Source: Antedon mediterranea
Lineage: Eukaryota; Animalia; Echinodermata
Direction of reading: 5' to 3'
NCBI RefSeq assembly: GCF_964355755.1
Contig: NC_092675.1
Span: 6,691,812-6,755,811, forward strand
Length of the DNA: 64,000 nt
In this document: piece after piece, positions 12,001 to 26,267 of the stretch
How the letters are laid out: every line of letters begins with the position of its first letter
How positions within the stretch are numbered: the first letter of the stretch is position 1
Notes under the pieces: generated by a model
Databases searched by the model: none
The model's input: only the letters and a program-made list of their open reading frames with translations
Told to the model about the DNA's origin: nothing
Program-made: the position numbers and the translations under genes

Positions 12001-15000
12001 GTATACCTACACAATGACCCACGCTAACTAATGAACCATGGTGACAAAAACAATTTCCGCCCTGTATGTAATATTGGGCGTTTACTGCGTGTTTCCAATT
12101 TCTTTGAATAATGTCAACGAATTATTTATGTTGCTAATTGCATCTGTTACGATATACACAGGCATAAGAAAAGATATTATTGATCACTAAACGACCAACA
12201 GTGATATTTGAGAAGTCATTTAATAATATATCGTGTGTATATGAAAGGCTGACTGCCAATTTAATAAGCTTCCAATTTCAGTGTATCTGTTGGTTGATTA
12301 AAAACACAAAAACGGGCACACAGCACTGTATTATATAAACATTAATTAGTTAGGAAAATTGTTCAGCTAAAATTGATATTTTACTTTATAAAATGTATAC
12401 CAATTCATAAACAAATAGGGAATACAGAATTTTCGAGATAAATGGTGGAACTCAACTGATAGAGAAAGCAATAGGCCTAAGCTAAAGTAACGTACATGTA
12501 TATTTTTTTCAATGGTACAAGGAATCACAAAAAGATAAATACAAAGTTGTAAAATCGTAATATATTAAAAAGGTCAAAATTATTTTTTTAAATTAAATCT
12601 TTTTTAGTGACGGTAACCCAAACAGCATATGCTGACAATCAAGGGGCCCTTATAAAAAAACATATACGAAAAAAAATTAATTTCATTGGCACAAGGACCC
12701 TACCTTTTTTGTTTTGGAATGGACTGTCATCCTGGGCCCGTTCAGGCTTATTTATTCACCCAGGTAAGTTCATAGACACATTATCGCTAACTTTGGTTTG
12801 TAGGAACCAACGTACCCTGGTAAATAACTAGGCTTCAATGACCTCAATGACGCAAGAGCTACCGGTATCAAATGTTATTGTCAAAATATAATTTTGTTAT
12901 GACAACAAATACATTTGATATATTTTGGTATGTACTGTATGTAAATGTATGTTGTTTATTAATTTCAATTAGAAATCTTAGGATAAATTGTTATCTTGAT
13001 AATGCTTTTCCGGTTATGCGACTATAAAACGATTTAATTTTATTAAAGTCGCATTACAAGGTCTTTTGAGTTAAATAGGGATTCTAATGCAAACATTAGT
13101 CTTAGAAATTGAAAGTATAGAATCACCTGTTAATCTGTCTAAAAATCGTCAGTAACATAACAAATGTTATCTGCTTTACCTTTAAATGTTTCAACCTCTA
13201 AAACTGAAATAAACGCTGGATTTCAATATTATCCATGACTTTATTGTGTGATTATCCGTTGGCATAGCAACGAAATGACATTGTATAATGCAGACTGACA
13301 ATTTAATTAGATTTTACTGTTCATATAGACGCCTAATGCGGAGATTAGGTACTTTACGCTTTGCAGTTGGTGGAATCAAAATACGTAAGCGCGTTGTGAT
13401 GCGCATGCGTACAATCAATCATGCATTATCTGTCGAGACTAACTGTCATCATCATCCTTATAATCGTCATCATCATCCTTATAATCATGATCATCATCGT
13501 CATCATCATCAACCTACACTGTACAAAACAAACGTACTTACAAACGAATACCATATCATCCTAAAGACTACATAGTGTATTTCTTTTTAAAATCACATTA
13601 TGCTAAATCAATGGACTCGTTTCATTGACTTTATTCTAAAAAAAATGTAAGATGTGTTGCGTAATTACAATGCAACTTCTTATCTTTGTATTAACAAACT
13701 CTCTAATCTACATATTGGGTTATAGCCTATATTATAAAATGTAAACATAAATCATTATTAAGGCATCAGCAACATTATCAATAATAATAATAATAATATG
13801 TTCCGATGTATTATATGTGACGTAAGCCAACAAATGTTTAAATAAATTATCAATAATATTACTTTTGTTCCCAAAATAAATCAATTTATCGTATTTTTTA
13901 CAAATTTATTTATTTAATCACACTTTCGTGAAATACAAGGCCAGCCAATTCTGGTTTATGAGTGAATATATAAAATAACAATTATAAATACACAGATTAA
14001 AAATTGACACGGCATCAAATAACATAACTACTTTATACAGACTTTTTACATCAAACCTCATCGTAGGATTTATGCAGTATTTTAAAAGTATTGCGGTAGA
14101 TTATGACCAATTTTGATATTGGTTTTATTTAATTTAGTTAGAAAATATTAGTTTCAGTTAATTTACTCTGTTAGTAAGACGATCATTATATTATTTATTG
14201 CAACTAGAGGATCTATAAATAAGTTTGAGATTTTTGTTCAAGTGTATAGTCCATGACAATCACGTCTGTTGTCTACTGTCTACTTCCACATGGGTTACTG
14301 TTTAGATCTTCTGTCTGCAAAAATGCCTATTTTTCGAATCGGTTGGAAGGTGCAGTAAATGTAATTTGCACCCGTTTTTCGGTACTGTATCTGGATTGCT
14401 CCTGTATCATTTTATTCGGTATACATCATTGCATGTGTTTCACAACTATCGCCTAGTATATCACAACCTTTAACCCTAAACCTTACATGATACAAGAACC
14501 ACATAATATGCGGTGTTACCAACTATTCTTATTGGGCAATATAAGTGATACCACTAAGGATCGGGTAAAGAGTGAAGATAACAGGGTATATAATATAAGA
14601 TTGGGTTGATTTCAGAATTTTATTTAAAGTTTTTAAGCTCAGTCATAGTCATTTTTGCTAACGAGAATATAAAAATAATATAAGATTATTTTCATTGTAG
14701 ATAATGAAGATGACGAACGAGACCTTCCACTACTTCAAGCTGGACAACACACCTTCCCATTTGAGTTCATTTTACCCAGTGACATGGATTTACCGTGCAG
14801 TCTTGAATGTGGCCGAGTTGCGTGTGTTCGCTATTTCGTCCAGGCCACTGTGAATATCTCGTGGGCGGTAGATCCATTAGCTGAACATTATTTTTCTTTT
14901 ATTGGATCACCAATTGATCCAAATCTACCAAAATATCAGGTGATTATTTAGGCATACATTATGTTCTATTAATAGTGATTTTTAAGCCAACTCTCAAATT

Positions 15001-18000
15001 TGCTGTATTTTATGCATTGTTATTATAATTACAATTGTAAGCCTTATAAGGAAATGTCATAATTTTCATATTATAGAAAACTTCATGAATAAAGCTTCTG
15101 TATTGTTTTTCCAATAACACTAACAATAATAATGATGTGAGAAACATCTGAAGCTTTATCACATTTTTATATAATAGTTAACAAATCAATTGCAGAATCT
15201 GATGTAATAGGCATACCATCCTTAATGCCCATCCTTATCATACTGTAATAGCCATTGCCAGAATTATCATTCAATATCGTTGGCATCACCACCACCAACT
15301 GTCACCATTGCTAGCATTATTCAACCAAGGCAATCTAACAACAGGATTCTGAGCTCCGGAGATCAAAAGGTTTATCTGTGGCTGCGACACGATCAGTTCC
15401 TCGTCCCTAAACAAACAACGTGCACCGCATAGATCATGTACGTAGTACAGTTACTGTTGGTATTTTGTCGCAGCCACACATAAGATCAAATGACTGTTAC
15501 GATTTCCTATCTTGGCAAAGGCGAGCTCAGTGTCATGTTGTCAGATTGCCTTGATTCAACGTAATAATTATTGCCAAGATTACCAACAATATTGAATAGT
15601 CATAACTGATAAGATTAGTTATCTTCATAAATCATCACACCAAATCATCACTGCAATTAATCATGGTTAATAATATTTCCTCTTCTTGACTTCCCGCTTT
15701 ATCTTTATTTCCTATCACCTGGATTTATCTTCATCAGCATCTTCAATTTCCCATTATTTTCATAGTTTTCCGTCTAATTGTATACTCATTATTTCCACGT
15801 TCCTCCTCCTCTTCGTCGTCCTCCTCCTCTTCATCATCCTCCTCTTCCTCTCCATCATCCTCCTCTTCATCCTTCTCCTATTCCCCTTCCTCCTTCTCAT
15901 CATCATACTGCCACTATCATATTCGTATTGAATTTCCTTTTAGAAACCTATCATTGGTTCTACTAAGAAAAAGAAAGGATGGTGCTGCCGTGAGATGCGA
16001 CCGATGGCGTTGAAAGTGGAACTGCAGCGGACTGCATATTGTCCTGGAGAATTTGTTAACATTTGTACAAAGCTGGACAACAACTCTGATAACACAATGA
16101 AATTAGGTGTTAAGCTGATACAAGTAAGATAATAATAACACAAAAGAATAACAAATGAAGATTAATACAATCGATCGGGCCAATTATTCACTTCCGTAGA
16201 ACATTTTGCTCCTAATTTATTATGATACAACTGAAACATGTGACAAATATAACAGTACTACGTTTCTACGATATTGAGCAAATTAAGATAGATTACGAAT
16301 CGACCGTCCGTATTTACAACAGTTACCAATTAAGAGTCACAATGATGTACATGCTATTTATCGTTTTTTTCTTTAAATTACACATTTATGGTTACTTCTA
16401 TTATTTTTGGTTCACTCTCCTGTTGTATAACCTAGGGCATGTCGTTAATAGCCACACATGCTCATAGAAAAACAAGGACAGATAAAATCGATATTTTTCT
16501 CTGACTTTAGCATTTTCAAATATATCAAACGTTCATTGTGTTATTACATTCTTAGATGCTGGTAAATAAGAAATTGAGTCCTAGCCTACATACAGCGCAT
16601 GCTCATGGTTCTTAATGTGCGAGTCGGCTGCGTATTCCAACGGCGCTTTGTGAAAAAGATGGTTAATATTGAAAAATATAAATTTTACTATACACATAAA
16701 TATAATAATCATTACATTTTAAAATTCAGTAGCATAAGCTTATCCATTTATTGTACTACTTTTGCTTATTATTGTTGTTATTGCAGAATATATCAACAAA
16801 AGCAGAAACACCCCAATACCGAGTTCGTAACGGCTCCTTTGATGTTATGACCTACTGCAGTAGACCCGTTCTACCGGACGAAGAATACGTTTTGCAAACA
16901 GCAAGTGTTGTTCAAATTCCAGTTGTTCCACACACTATACAAACACGTCTCATTCAAGTGAATTATGTTATCGAAGTAAGATGATCTTTGTTTTCTATTA
17001 TTCAATTTCAATTCCTGTTTTGCAATTTCTAAAACAAAGGAGTCCCTAACAATAAGGCCTATATGAAAACTAGTTTTAATATATTTATCTATTTTTGTAC
17101 AAAGCAAGAACCTTTAAAAGCGCCACAAATAGGTATAAGTATAAACATACATGTAAAAAGAACTTTTCAGGGTACGTAGCTTATAAAGTTTCTGTTGTTT
17201 TGTTTTGTTGTATTATAAAATAATAATTGTGAAAGAAGGGTAGCGCACCTTGTTACAAACATTACGTGCGATGTTAAGCTTGGTTCCCACCAGGACGCAA
17301 GGACGTCAACGCAACGCAAGCGTTTTGACCAATTACAAACGACGAGTTCGAATGATCCATCGCTTGCGATTGGTCAACTTACTTACGTTGCGTCTACGTC
17401 CCTGCGTTGCACCCTAGTGGGAACCAAGCTTAAAGCCTAATTTTAAGAAGGCAACTGTGTTCAACCCAACTTAAAACAATAACAATAAAAAAAATGCAAG
17501 CGTGCGTCGTACAAATGGAAAGTGAGCCTTCAAAGGCACAAAACGTACTTTATCATAATGCAATGATTATGTTAATATGAGAACATAGCCAGTACTTAAA
17601 TTACAGTAATAACGTTCAGAACGATCTAAAAAAGGATGGTTGCTAAGCACTTACAAATATATAGACGCATTATGCGAACCAGGCGATAAAACATGATCAA
17701 TTTCTACTATTTCTTTCTTTATTTTCCAGGTTGCCTTATTTGTTGATGATAAGTCCGAGTTAGAAGTATATTTTCCAATTTCAATATGCAACGTGCCTTA
17801 CAAGGATAAATTTGGTAGAACAAAAGAATATACATATGGTGTGTATGGTTTTATTAAACGTTGCCCTTGAGTGTTGATCATCTCATATAATAATGATTAT
17901 AATATTATAATAATAATGAAAGCTAATTACAAAAATGAATTTAAACAAGAATAATGACCTAATTGAAGCTAATTTAATGGTTTATGCACCCGACTCTGTG

Positions 18001-20439
18001 TTGATCTACTGTACATAGGCAAATTATGTAATACATCGTCACATATGTATAACATATTATACAAATAATGAATGTTTATGAGTGCAATGGTACAAATAAT
18101 GGCACGAGGTGAATGATGAAAGGTTATATCTACGAGGCAAAGCCGAGTTGATATAACCTTTCATCATTCACCAAGTGCCATTATTTGTACCATTACACGA
18201 ATACAAAACATTCATTATTTGTTTTATATAACATCTAAATAAATTCTAGTTATTTGAATCAAATAAAAGGTAGCCCTAGCCAAAGCTTACTACATTTCAT
18301 TCACACACATTTGATTAAAAACAGTAACATTTGGTTTTTAATAATGTTATATTAAATGTTATATTTATATGGATTTCGTAAACACACCTACTTTTGTGTT
18401 AATTATGTCAACAAACGACCAAACAATCCTAGGCCTAGCAAGGCTAAAACGCCTAGGCTAGGCCTAGCCTAATACTAGCATGGCCTAGGCTAGACCTAGT
18501 AGCCTAGTACTAGCTTGGCTGAAAGGCAAAACTTCGACAGACAATTGGAACTTATCTAAGCTAATTATGGTTTTCTTGTAGGGATGTCCCCATTAATTAA
18601 TCAAAATCCTAAAAACGATCTAAAGCTAATTTAAATGCCTTTTTGAATGAAATTAGTACGCGAGACGTTTTTTTTTTCGTACACAAAAATGTTTCAAAAA
18701 GTACTATTTAACGATCGTTGAATAGTGCGTACTATTGCACGCCATGTGACCCACATTCGTCCAATCAAATGACAGGAATTTATATAGGTGTTATATAAAA
18801 CCAGTTATGGTTAGGTTTATGTCATGGCGTCCCATGTGATGCATATGTTACATTGTATTACAATTTTCCTTTGACTAAGTATAGATATTTTCCTTTGAAT
18901 CGGCTAATTCTTGTCTTTAACAACATTTTTCACCTGGTCTAAAAATATATGATACTTTAAAATTATTCTACCAGTGAATTGTTGCCATGCAGTAACGTTA
19001 ACTGTCCTCACGCAGTTTATATAGAGTTTGCGACGACCTGAACTTATGTAAATTATGCATTACATCGAGTAGTCGTCTAGCTCTCGATTTCGATCTTTTC
19101 GCGACGATCGCACATTCAAAAAGGTTCAAATGCGCATAACAGCATCGTCGGGTCCGAACATATGAAAAAATACCAAACATCAATGTATAGGAATATCTCC
19201 ACAAGTCCTAAGTCCTGAAAATCGAAGGCTTCATACGCAAGCATAGTCTACACTGGTAAATGTGTGTTTGCAAACTCGAACAAACTCTGAGTTTTCCAAA
19301 CTTAGTTAATAATGTATTGAAAAGTTAACAAACATTGACAAACTGCTGAAAACAAGTTTGCAGAAGCAAACAGTGATAACGTTGACTACTTTAGAATAGG
19401 CTATCAATTTGTCGACTGCAGTATCTAATCCTATTCTGTTTTGTTTTAAATTCATGTAGCTCATCCCTGCTCCAAATCCTGTGGAGCAAACGAAGGATTT
19501 ATAAAGGAATACCACAATGGACAACAAGTGATACACCTGCGTCATTTTACTCCTTTATACTTGACAGCATTGCCGATGAATGGCGCCAACGCTGCCAAAA
19601 CTGCTGATATTCCAATTATTGTTGACGAAAGGAACACTAACGGTTACGTTCAAAACCATAATGGTGGATATCATAGTTCACCAAGATGTGACAGTTTCGA
19701 AAATATTAATTCACTGAATGGTACACCGTTGTTGGATGTACCATCACTGAAAGTGGACGACGCTGAAGGTTCAACTATTGCTAGTAAAAGCAGCGGAAGT
19801 ATTACAAAGTATAACACGCGTAGAAGTAGTGCGCATACGACACGCATGAGTTTTCAAGGAAACAGTGTCTTTCAGATTTCCTTGGACGATAGTAGTAATG
19901 CAAGCAGGCAATCCTCAAATGCTGAAGATAAGATATTTACTCCAGAGGAACCATCAACGCCTTACTTAAAACATCAACAGAGGATTAAAAGAGCTCCATT
20001 ATCAAAGAAATCCAAATCAAGTAACTACGCTGATGATGAGCACGTGCTCCAACATAAACTCACCACAGAGTCGCTAGAGAGCGCCATTAATTATGGCTAC
20101 GTGGCATCTAGTGATCTTGAAGAGTCTTATGCAGGTAGTTGGCACAGTTTTTCTGACAGTTTATATGCCACAGAACGATATCGAACAAGAACTAATTCAA
20201 AAGGATATTATGACGGACATCACATACCGATAGAAACACGAAATAATAATTTATTGGAAATGTACTCGAAACCTCGACTATTTAATGGCAATGATTACGA
20301 GCACAGTCGGTCAAGAAGTTCTAGTTCATACCATATTGATGCCACTGATGATAACGGTATTGTTATTGACCATCATGATGGCAGGAATGAGCGTAAAGAT
20401 AGACGACGAAATAAGTCATTTGCAACGCACTATGTTTGA
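9014..20439 (+). CDS. Arrestin domain-containing protein (alpha-arrestin, ARRDC family), ~651 aa, with long Ser-rich C-terminal tail
   Basis: Exons 9014(or 9005)-9131, 10510-10650, 14701-14939, 15944-16123, 16787-16975, 17730-17838, 19460-20439 splice in frame (1956 nt). Arrestin-N motifs VYQPGETLTGKV and LQAGQHTFPFEFILP..LPCSLE..VRY. Arrestin-C motifs AYCPGE, IQVNY, FPISICNVP, followed by FTPLY. Confidence 0.9.
10776..10860. mobile_element. HINE/DINE-1-like (Helentron-associated) short element
   Basis: cactatatcggtcggttggttggtcgg microsatellite plus cacgcgact..gccatgtatatagccttgtt end. Related copies at ~54722-54783 and ~60602-60718 (opposite orientation). Confidence 0.55.
11353..11547. mobile_element. 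MITE family B (agcttggttcccactag TIR, TWA TSD; Harbinger-like)
   Basis: TIR agcgtggttcccacta ... ctagtgagaaccaagct. A reverse-orientation copy lies at ~31194-31397, and relatives at ~5779-5900, 11245-11345 and 28965-29127. Confidence 0.8.
15326..15553. mobile_element. P-element-like MITE (CAAGG termini, 7-bp TSD ATTCAAC)
   Basis: TIR caaggcaatctaacaaca / tgttgtcagattgccttg, with exact ATTCAAC on both sides. A second, inverted copy lies at 34843-35061. Confidence 0.75.
15800..15907. repeat. Pyrimidine-rich (CCT/CAT/CTT)n low-complexity tract upstream of ARRDC exon 4
   Basis: Trinucleotide low-complexity sequence that generates the spurious Leu-rich and Pro/His-rich ORFs. Confidence 0.85.
17277..17430. 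mobile_element. MITE family B, complete palindromic copy
   Basis: tta|agcttggttcccac ... gtgggaaccaagct|taa, with internal inverted ttgaccaat / attggtcaa. Confidence 0.85.
18058..18800. mobile_element. Unclassified fold-back non-autonomous element
   Basis: Arms of ~75 bp form a hairpin (18058-18222) around cgaggcaaagccgag. A second inverted pair is ttttatataacatctaaataaattc / gaatttatataggtgttatataaaa. Partial copies at ~8082-8200 and ~34805-35175. Confidence 0.65.
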
Positions 20440-22329
20440 TGATCGTGCGCTATTCAATATAGTATAATTGGTGCATTATGTTTATGTATGGAATGCTATC
20501 TTTTGAAATTTCTACTACGATTGACTGACAAAATGATGGACGGAAAGAGTAAAAAATTGACAAAAGGATTTTAAAGGAACTTCATCCCTCCAGGTAATTT
20601 GACAATAATATTGGAAAAGAAGTCTATAGTTTAACAAAAAATTTGAATCCATTGCATTCATAAATATTCATTATTTATTTGTACAAACGGAAGTGAGTGA
20701 TCTAAAAATAAAGAAGATCTATGCAACTAAGACAACTTAATATGGAGATATGAAAACTGTTCGGAAGAATGTAATTTCCCGTTAACACAAAACACCTTGG
20801 GTCTGTGATTATACAATATAAATCTATAGATATCATTAGTTATTCTTCGATAAAAAACATATTCTATTGTTCGTCTTTCCGCTTCAACCTTTTCGGTAGA
20901 TGGTTGTAGCTTAAAGGTAATATTTCCGTAGGGCCTAAATAAATATATGCTTATAGGCCTATATTATTATAGAAAAATAAGTTTACTATGGGCGGGTCCT
21001 ATACAAATTATATTTTTATTATATTGAATTTACTACATAATCAATGCATCGATTATTTTATTATTCGATAATGTAGTTAAAACACAGAGAAACGCATGAC
21101 ATTACAATCATTGTGACCATAGTGCATATATATGATTATGTCACGCAATTGCACAACGTGTAAAATACAAAATATATTGGTACAAATAGCCTACAAAATA
21201 ACTGGACAAAATCCTAATGTATTTAAAAATACCTATATTTATTAATTATGTTTAACTGCTACTATGTTTATCGACGTTCTTTTTCTCTGTCTGAGTTAAA
21301 TACTATGATTCGATCAGTTTGCGTAGCAGCGTAACAACGGTTACATAGGATATACGTCTGAAACCTATTGGAGTTATATCGGAGTTACGGCACGGATGTA
21401 TGAGAGTTGTGTACGAGCACTTGTGTCGGAGTTAACTCTGATTCGAATCCGCTTTAAATCCGTTCTATCATGTACTCTGGACTCTTATTCTATAGTTCTA
21501 ATAGTGTTTTCAAATTTTATAATGATTTATCTTTACGGTATAACAATCGTCATAAATGCATTTCACGAAATTATTAGCCTATTTAAATGTAATGAGGTAT
21601 TGTTGTATATGCACTAGATAAATGCACTTTTTCGATTATTATTATTATTATTACATTTAAAGCACTATTTCATAATAAGTACCTACTTAATACATACAGT
21701 ACATATTCTTTAATATTTCTGGAAGCATAAGTTCTGGAAGGTTCAGTTAAAACACTTCCTGAAAAACGAACTTTACTCTTCCTTTTACCAAAAGTGTTTA
21801 TTGGGCAATATGGGTTTTCACTGCTTAAACAAAATAATTGCCATTCTGCATTAGAAAATAAAAACCTTTGCAACAAAATTTATTACAATATAACCCCAGT
21901 TATTTTTGACAGCGGAAACAGAACGAGCAGCGTCGTTAAATAATCCACTTTTCCAAAAAGTGGTCTTTTGATTTATATACTTTCCCCGAATAAAATGCCA
22001 ACGTTTACATGAGAGTTAATATAGATAATTTCCATTAACATTACGAAAAAGTCAAGTATGCTCCACTTACTCCACAATTAATGTTGTTGCAAAAGTTTTA
22101 TTATACATTTTAAGCCCGGAGGTACCCTTTAAAATAAATTAACAATAATATATAGGCCTATTGTTTTTAACAGTCAAAATATAATTGAAATACAATCTAG
22201 AATGGAAATAAAAGATTGAAAAAAAAAACAGTTTTACTCCTTTTATTAAATGTAATATTCGAGGGATCTGTTTTGCTAATGTAGATATTGGCTAAATAGC
22301 TCCACCTTTAGAGAGGGCTTTTGGAGGCC

Positions 22330-23170
22330 AAAGTTTGTAGGGCTAGTGACCAAAATCGATATATTTTTAGCAATATTTTGTGGCAGCCAATATTGATAAT
22401 TTTTCAAAATCGGTTCATGATACAATTTGTATCATCCAAAATCTATTCACTTTTAGCCAAACCTTAGCAGCCTATGTTGATACTATCCACTTGTGCCAGC
22501 CAACATTGGTAGTGACCAACACTGATTCGCTTTTGGTAGAAACAAATTGGTAGTGGTCAACAGCGATTCACTTTTGGGTGCAAACATTGGTAGTCACCAA
22601 CACCGATTCACTTTTGGGTACAAAAAGTGGTATCATCCAAAATCGATTCACTTTTGGCAGCAAATATTTGTACTTTTAAAAATCGTTCCAATTGTGGCAG
22701 CCAATATTGATAAATTTTCAAAATCGGTTCAGTTTTGGAGTAACAATTTGTATCATCCAAAATCTATTCACTATTAGCCAAATCTTTGCAGCCAATGTTG
22801 ATACTATCCACTTGTGCCAGCCAACATTGGTAGTGACCAACACTGATTCGCTTTTGGTAGAAACAAATTGGTAGTGATCAACAGTGATTCACTTTTGGGT
22901 GCAAACATTGGTAGTCACCAACACCGATTCACTTTTGGGTACAAAAAGTGGTATTGACCAACACCGATTCACTTTTGGGTATCATCCAAAATCGATTCAC
23001 TTTTGGCAGCAAAAATTTGTGCTTTTAAAAATCGTTCCACTTTTGGCAGCCAGAATTGGTGTCATCAAAAATCGAACTAATTTAGTTACACTTTTGGCAC
23101 CCAATGTTGAATTGAATAATACTGTATCCGTGCTTTTGGTAGCCAAATTGGTCTCGCTTCATTGCCAGTA
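22330..23170. repeat. Diverged ~30-bp minisatellite with a 314-bp higher-order duplication
   Basis: Recurrent ttggtagtcaccaacaccgattcacttttgg. The block starting gtggcagccaatattgataa recurs at 22380 and 22694. Confidence 0.9.
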
Positions 23171-26100
23171 ATAATTATACTGATATTCAAATAATTCAAA
23201 ACGTTCCAATTTGAATTTATAAATGAAGGAAAATTATGTGTCACATTTTAAAATAAGATTGCGTTTATATTTTAGACTTTTTTTAGCCAAACCAGGATAA
23301 ATTATCATATCATATATAATTTTAAATTTCAATTGTTGAAAATTTGAAAAAAATATGTAATATAATGTAGGCGATGTAACGTGGAAAATCTATCTAGCTG
23401 CAATTATTCTCACAATAAAAGAAGAAAAAAAATTAAAATATCATATTCAAATTATATTTGTTTATTTATATTTATGTCCTTTGCATATGCATTAATACAA
23501 TACTAAAATGTATTTTGGTTTGAGTAAAATTCTCTCAACAAACAAAACACAAAGTCGCATTATACTAGTACGTTCGGTGCACCGAGGGAAGCTGGATATA
23601 GAACTTTGTGCGATCCGAGGGATGGATGGATTTTTATGTTGTTTTGAAACAATGTTTTCTATTTTTATACTAGATATAATCTAGGCCTTGTAATATAACA
23701 TGTAATTATTTTCTATAGAACAACAGTACAAGCCCTATTGTGTATAGCAAGGCTGTTTAATAGCCTTGTTCATACCAACGTAGTTAGTTTTTAGTTTTTT
23801 TTATATCTAATCTACGTATAAATCTAATTAATTTATCTGTAAGGAAATGTTTTTTTTTAAATAAAGAACTATTAAAGATGTAATGTCACTCAAAATCATT
23901 TACAATGAAGATTAATAAAATCAGACTTGGAATACACCATTTGCAGTGTTAATATAGATAGTTCTTCACTTCCATTGAAATAAAAATAAAACAAAATGAT
24001 TTCACTTATAAAAAGACAAAATAAACGGTTAAAATTAGGCCCACTCAAATTACCTGACAATTTTACTATTTTTCAGGTAAATGTTTTCGCTCGAATTTTA
24101 GTCAAAAGAAAAAAACTAGTGTGTGACATTAAAATGACATATTCAACAACAACAAAAACGACAATAAAATATCTTTATACGTATTTTCTTAGTTTAGAAC
24201 AAATTTGTTTCCAGAATAGCATTATGTTGATTACAATTGTAATGGATAATAAAAGCGTTCTTTAGAAAATAGGCTAATGGATGGTAATGAAAACAATTTA
24301 ATATCAAATATTCTTTTTTTTTCGTATTTGCATTTTTCTGTTTAAGTGGTAATGTTAGGAGTGGTAAAAACAGGAAATGATTTAGTCCTTGAAATGGACA
24401 AAAATGTTGTTTTTTGTCATTAATGAATACAAAAAATATCCGACAATGTCGGCGTTTATTTGGATTTAGATTATAATATTTTAATAATATTTATTGGTTA
24501 CTCTCTTTTAAAACGGAGGATCACTCTCGTAACAAGAGGTTCGGCCCATACAAAATGTTTACAAAATAATGTCATAAAGTTATTACAATCTATATATATA
24601 TATAGATAAATGTACTATTTGCGTATAGACTTTTGAAATACCACGTACATTTTGTAGCGTATAACGACATTAAAAAAAAATTTATTTTAAATATTTTATT
24701 CAATATTTTAAAATTTTGAATAATTGACATGTTTAAAAAAAAATCTTATCTAAAATAGCAGGTTTTGATAGATTACTGTATCCATATGTGTATATACAGT
24801 ATAAATAAAAACCAAAAAAACATCATAATTGTGTAGCCGATTCTAGGCACTGTATGCCTCTAAAATTTGCCCAGTATCATATGAACTTTTTGTAATACAA
24901 GGTCACATAATCTCACATGTGATGCCTGTATTATGTAACTAAGGAGAACAGTACAAAGAATCGTGTGAATAATTGTTATATCCTTTAGAAGATGCATTCG
25001 ATATAATAGCTTGATACAGATTTCTCATTGTCATTTTGTACGGTGTAAGGTCAAGAAAGTGTGAACACGTCTATCGCTAAATAAGAGAGCTACGTTGCAA
25101 TGTGTTTCCGAATCGATACACGGCAACTGACGAGTCGATATTGTCCGTGAATTTGTAATGAATGTCAATGATACGTGATTCTGGTTTGATTCAGATAATA
25201 ATGACGATGGTGATACTAATATAAATGAAGATGGTGATATAATAATGATAGCAATGGGGAAGGTGATAACGTAATCAAATTCACATTATTTGGCAAAAGC
25301 ATGGATCTTAAGAAAAAATAAGACAAAGCACAAAAACATGATGAAAACAAAATGGCGATTGTGATTTGTGATAATGATATTGATGATTTAGGCATAATAT
25401 TTGTGATAGCGATAATTGTAATGATTAAAAATGGAGGTATGATAATAATATACGGTACGGTATCATAATGTTGATGATTACAATCTTTCTGCCAGAAATG
25501 TTCGTACTGAATCACATAAATTGATGTAGTTCGATATCACATTGTATGTGGGAGCAGCTAGCTCAAGCTACTAGAGAAGCTTCCATGCCCTATAGCTTCA
25601 AGCTAGGGGCTAATCATATATTCTAACGACTTATTTACAAATATGTATGTCGGCCAACTTAAGTTTAATTTTAAAGATATTTCTATAAAATGCTATATAT
25701 ATACGCCATATTTATTATAATTTTATATAAACCTTTTTCATTACTAATTGTGCAATTGGGACATTGGCCGTTTTAAAGGGGTTTACCACCTGTTGGTCCC
25801 ATCTTTCACTAGATGTGTGTTAGGTTTATGTCTAATGTTCTGTATGTACATAGTGAGAAGTTGAATAAAAGTAAAAGATAATTGTAATGAATGATAGTAA
25901 TATGGTTTTGATGAGTATAATAAAAATGATAATTGTAATAATAAATTGTAATATCAATAATGATATTGATATAGTTGTGATAATGATGATACTGATGGTG
26001 ATTATGACGTGTATAGGCCTATTTATGAGCGATGATGACGACAGCGATAACTGACGACAGTGAATGAACCGATCGGTTAATCGATACACACATTGCATTG

Positions 26101-26267
26101 TAATTTTCATTACATTGTTTTTTTTTTAAATTCTCTAACACATTTTGGTAATTAGTATAGGAAAATAGGAATTCAGTAAACTGTAATCAATGCTCATTAG
26201 AGTCTACACTATCAAACTTTATGTGACAAAAAATGTGAGGTGACCATATATGGACATGATGATGTCT

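Noticed and set aside
13288-13575. His-rich ORF
   Set aside because: It derives from an intronic (CAT)n microsatellite and has no splice support.
15686-15966. Leu-rich TM-like and Pro/His-rich ORFs
   Set aside because: Low-complexity pyrimidine tract in an ARRDC intron.
19568-20439. Independent single-exon 303-aa gene, or an acceptor at 19567
   Set aside because: The frame extends upstream to an acceptor at 19459 that is in phase with ARRDC exon 6 and includes the FTPLY motif.
22330-23170. CRISPR-like array or repeat-protein ORFs
   Set aside because: Eukaryotic context. The units are contiguous diverged tandem repeats without unique spacers, and the frames are interrupted.
25216-26110. Ile-rich membrane-protein-like ORFs on the minus strand
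   Set aside because: Degenerate (GAT/AAT)n low-complexity DNA.
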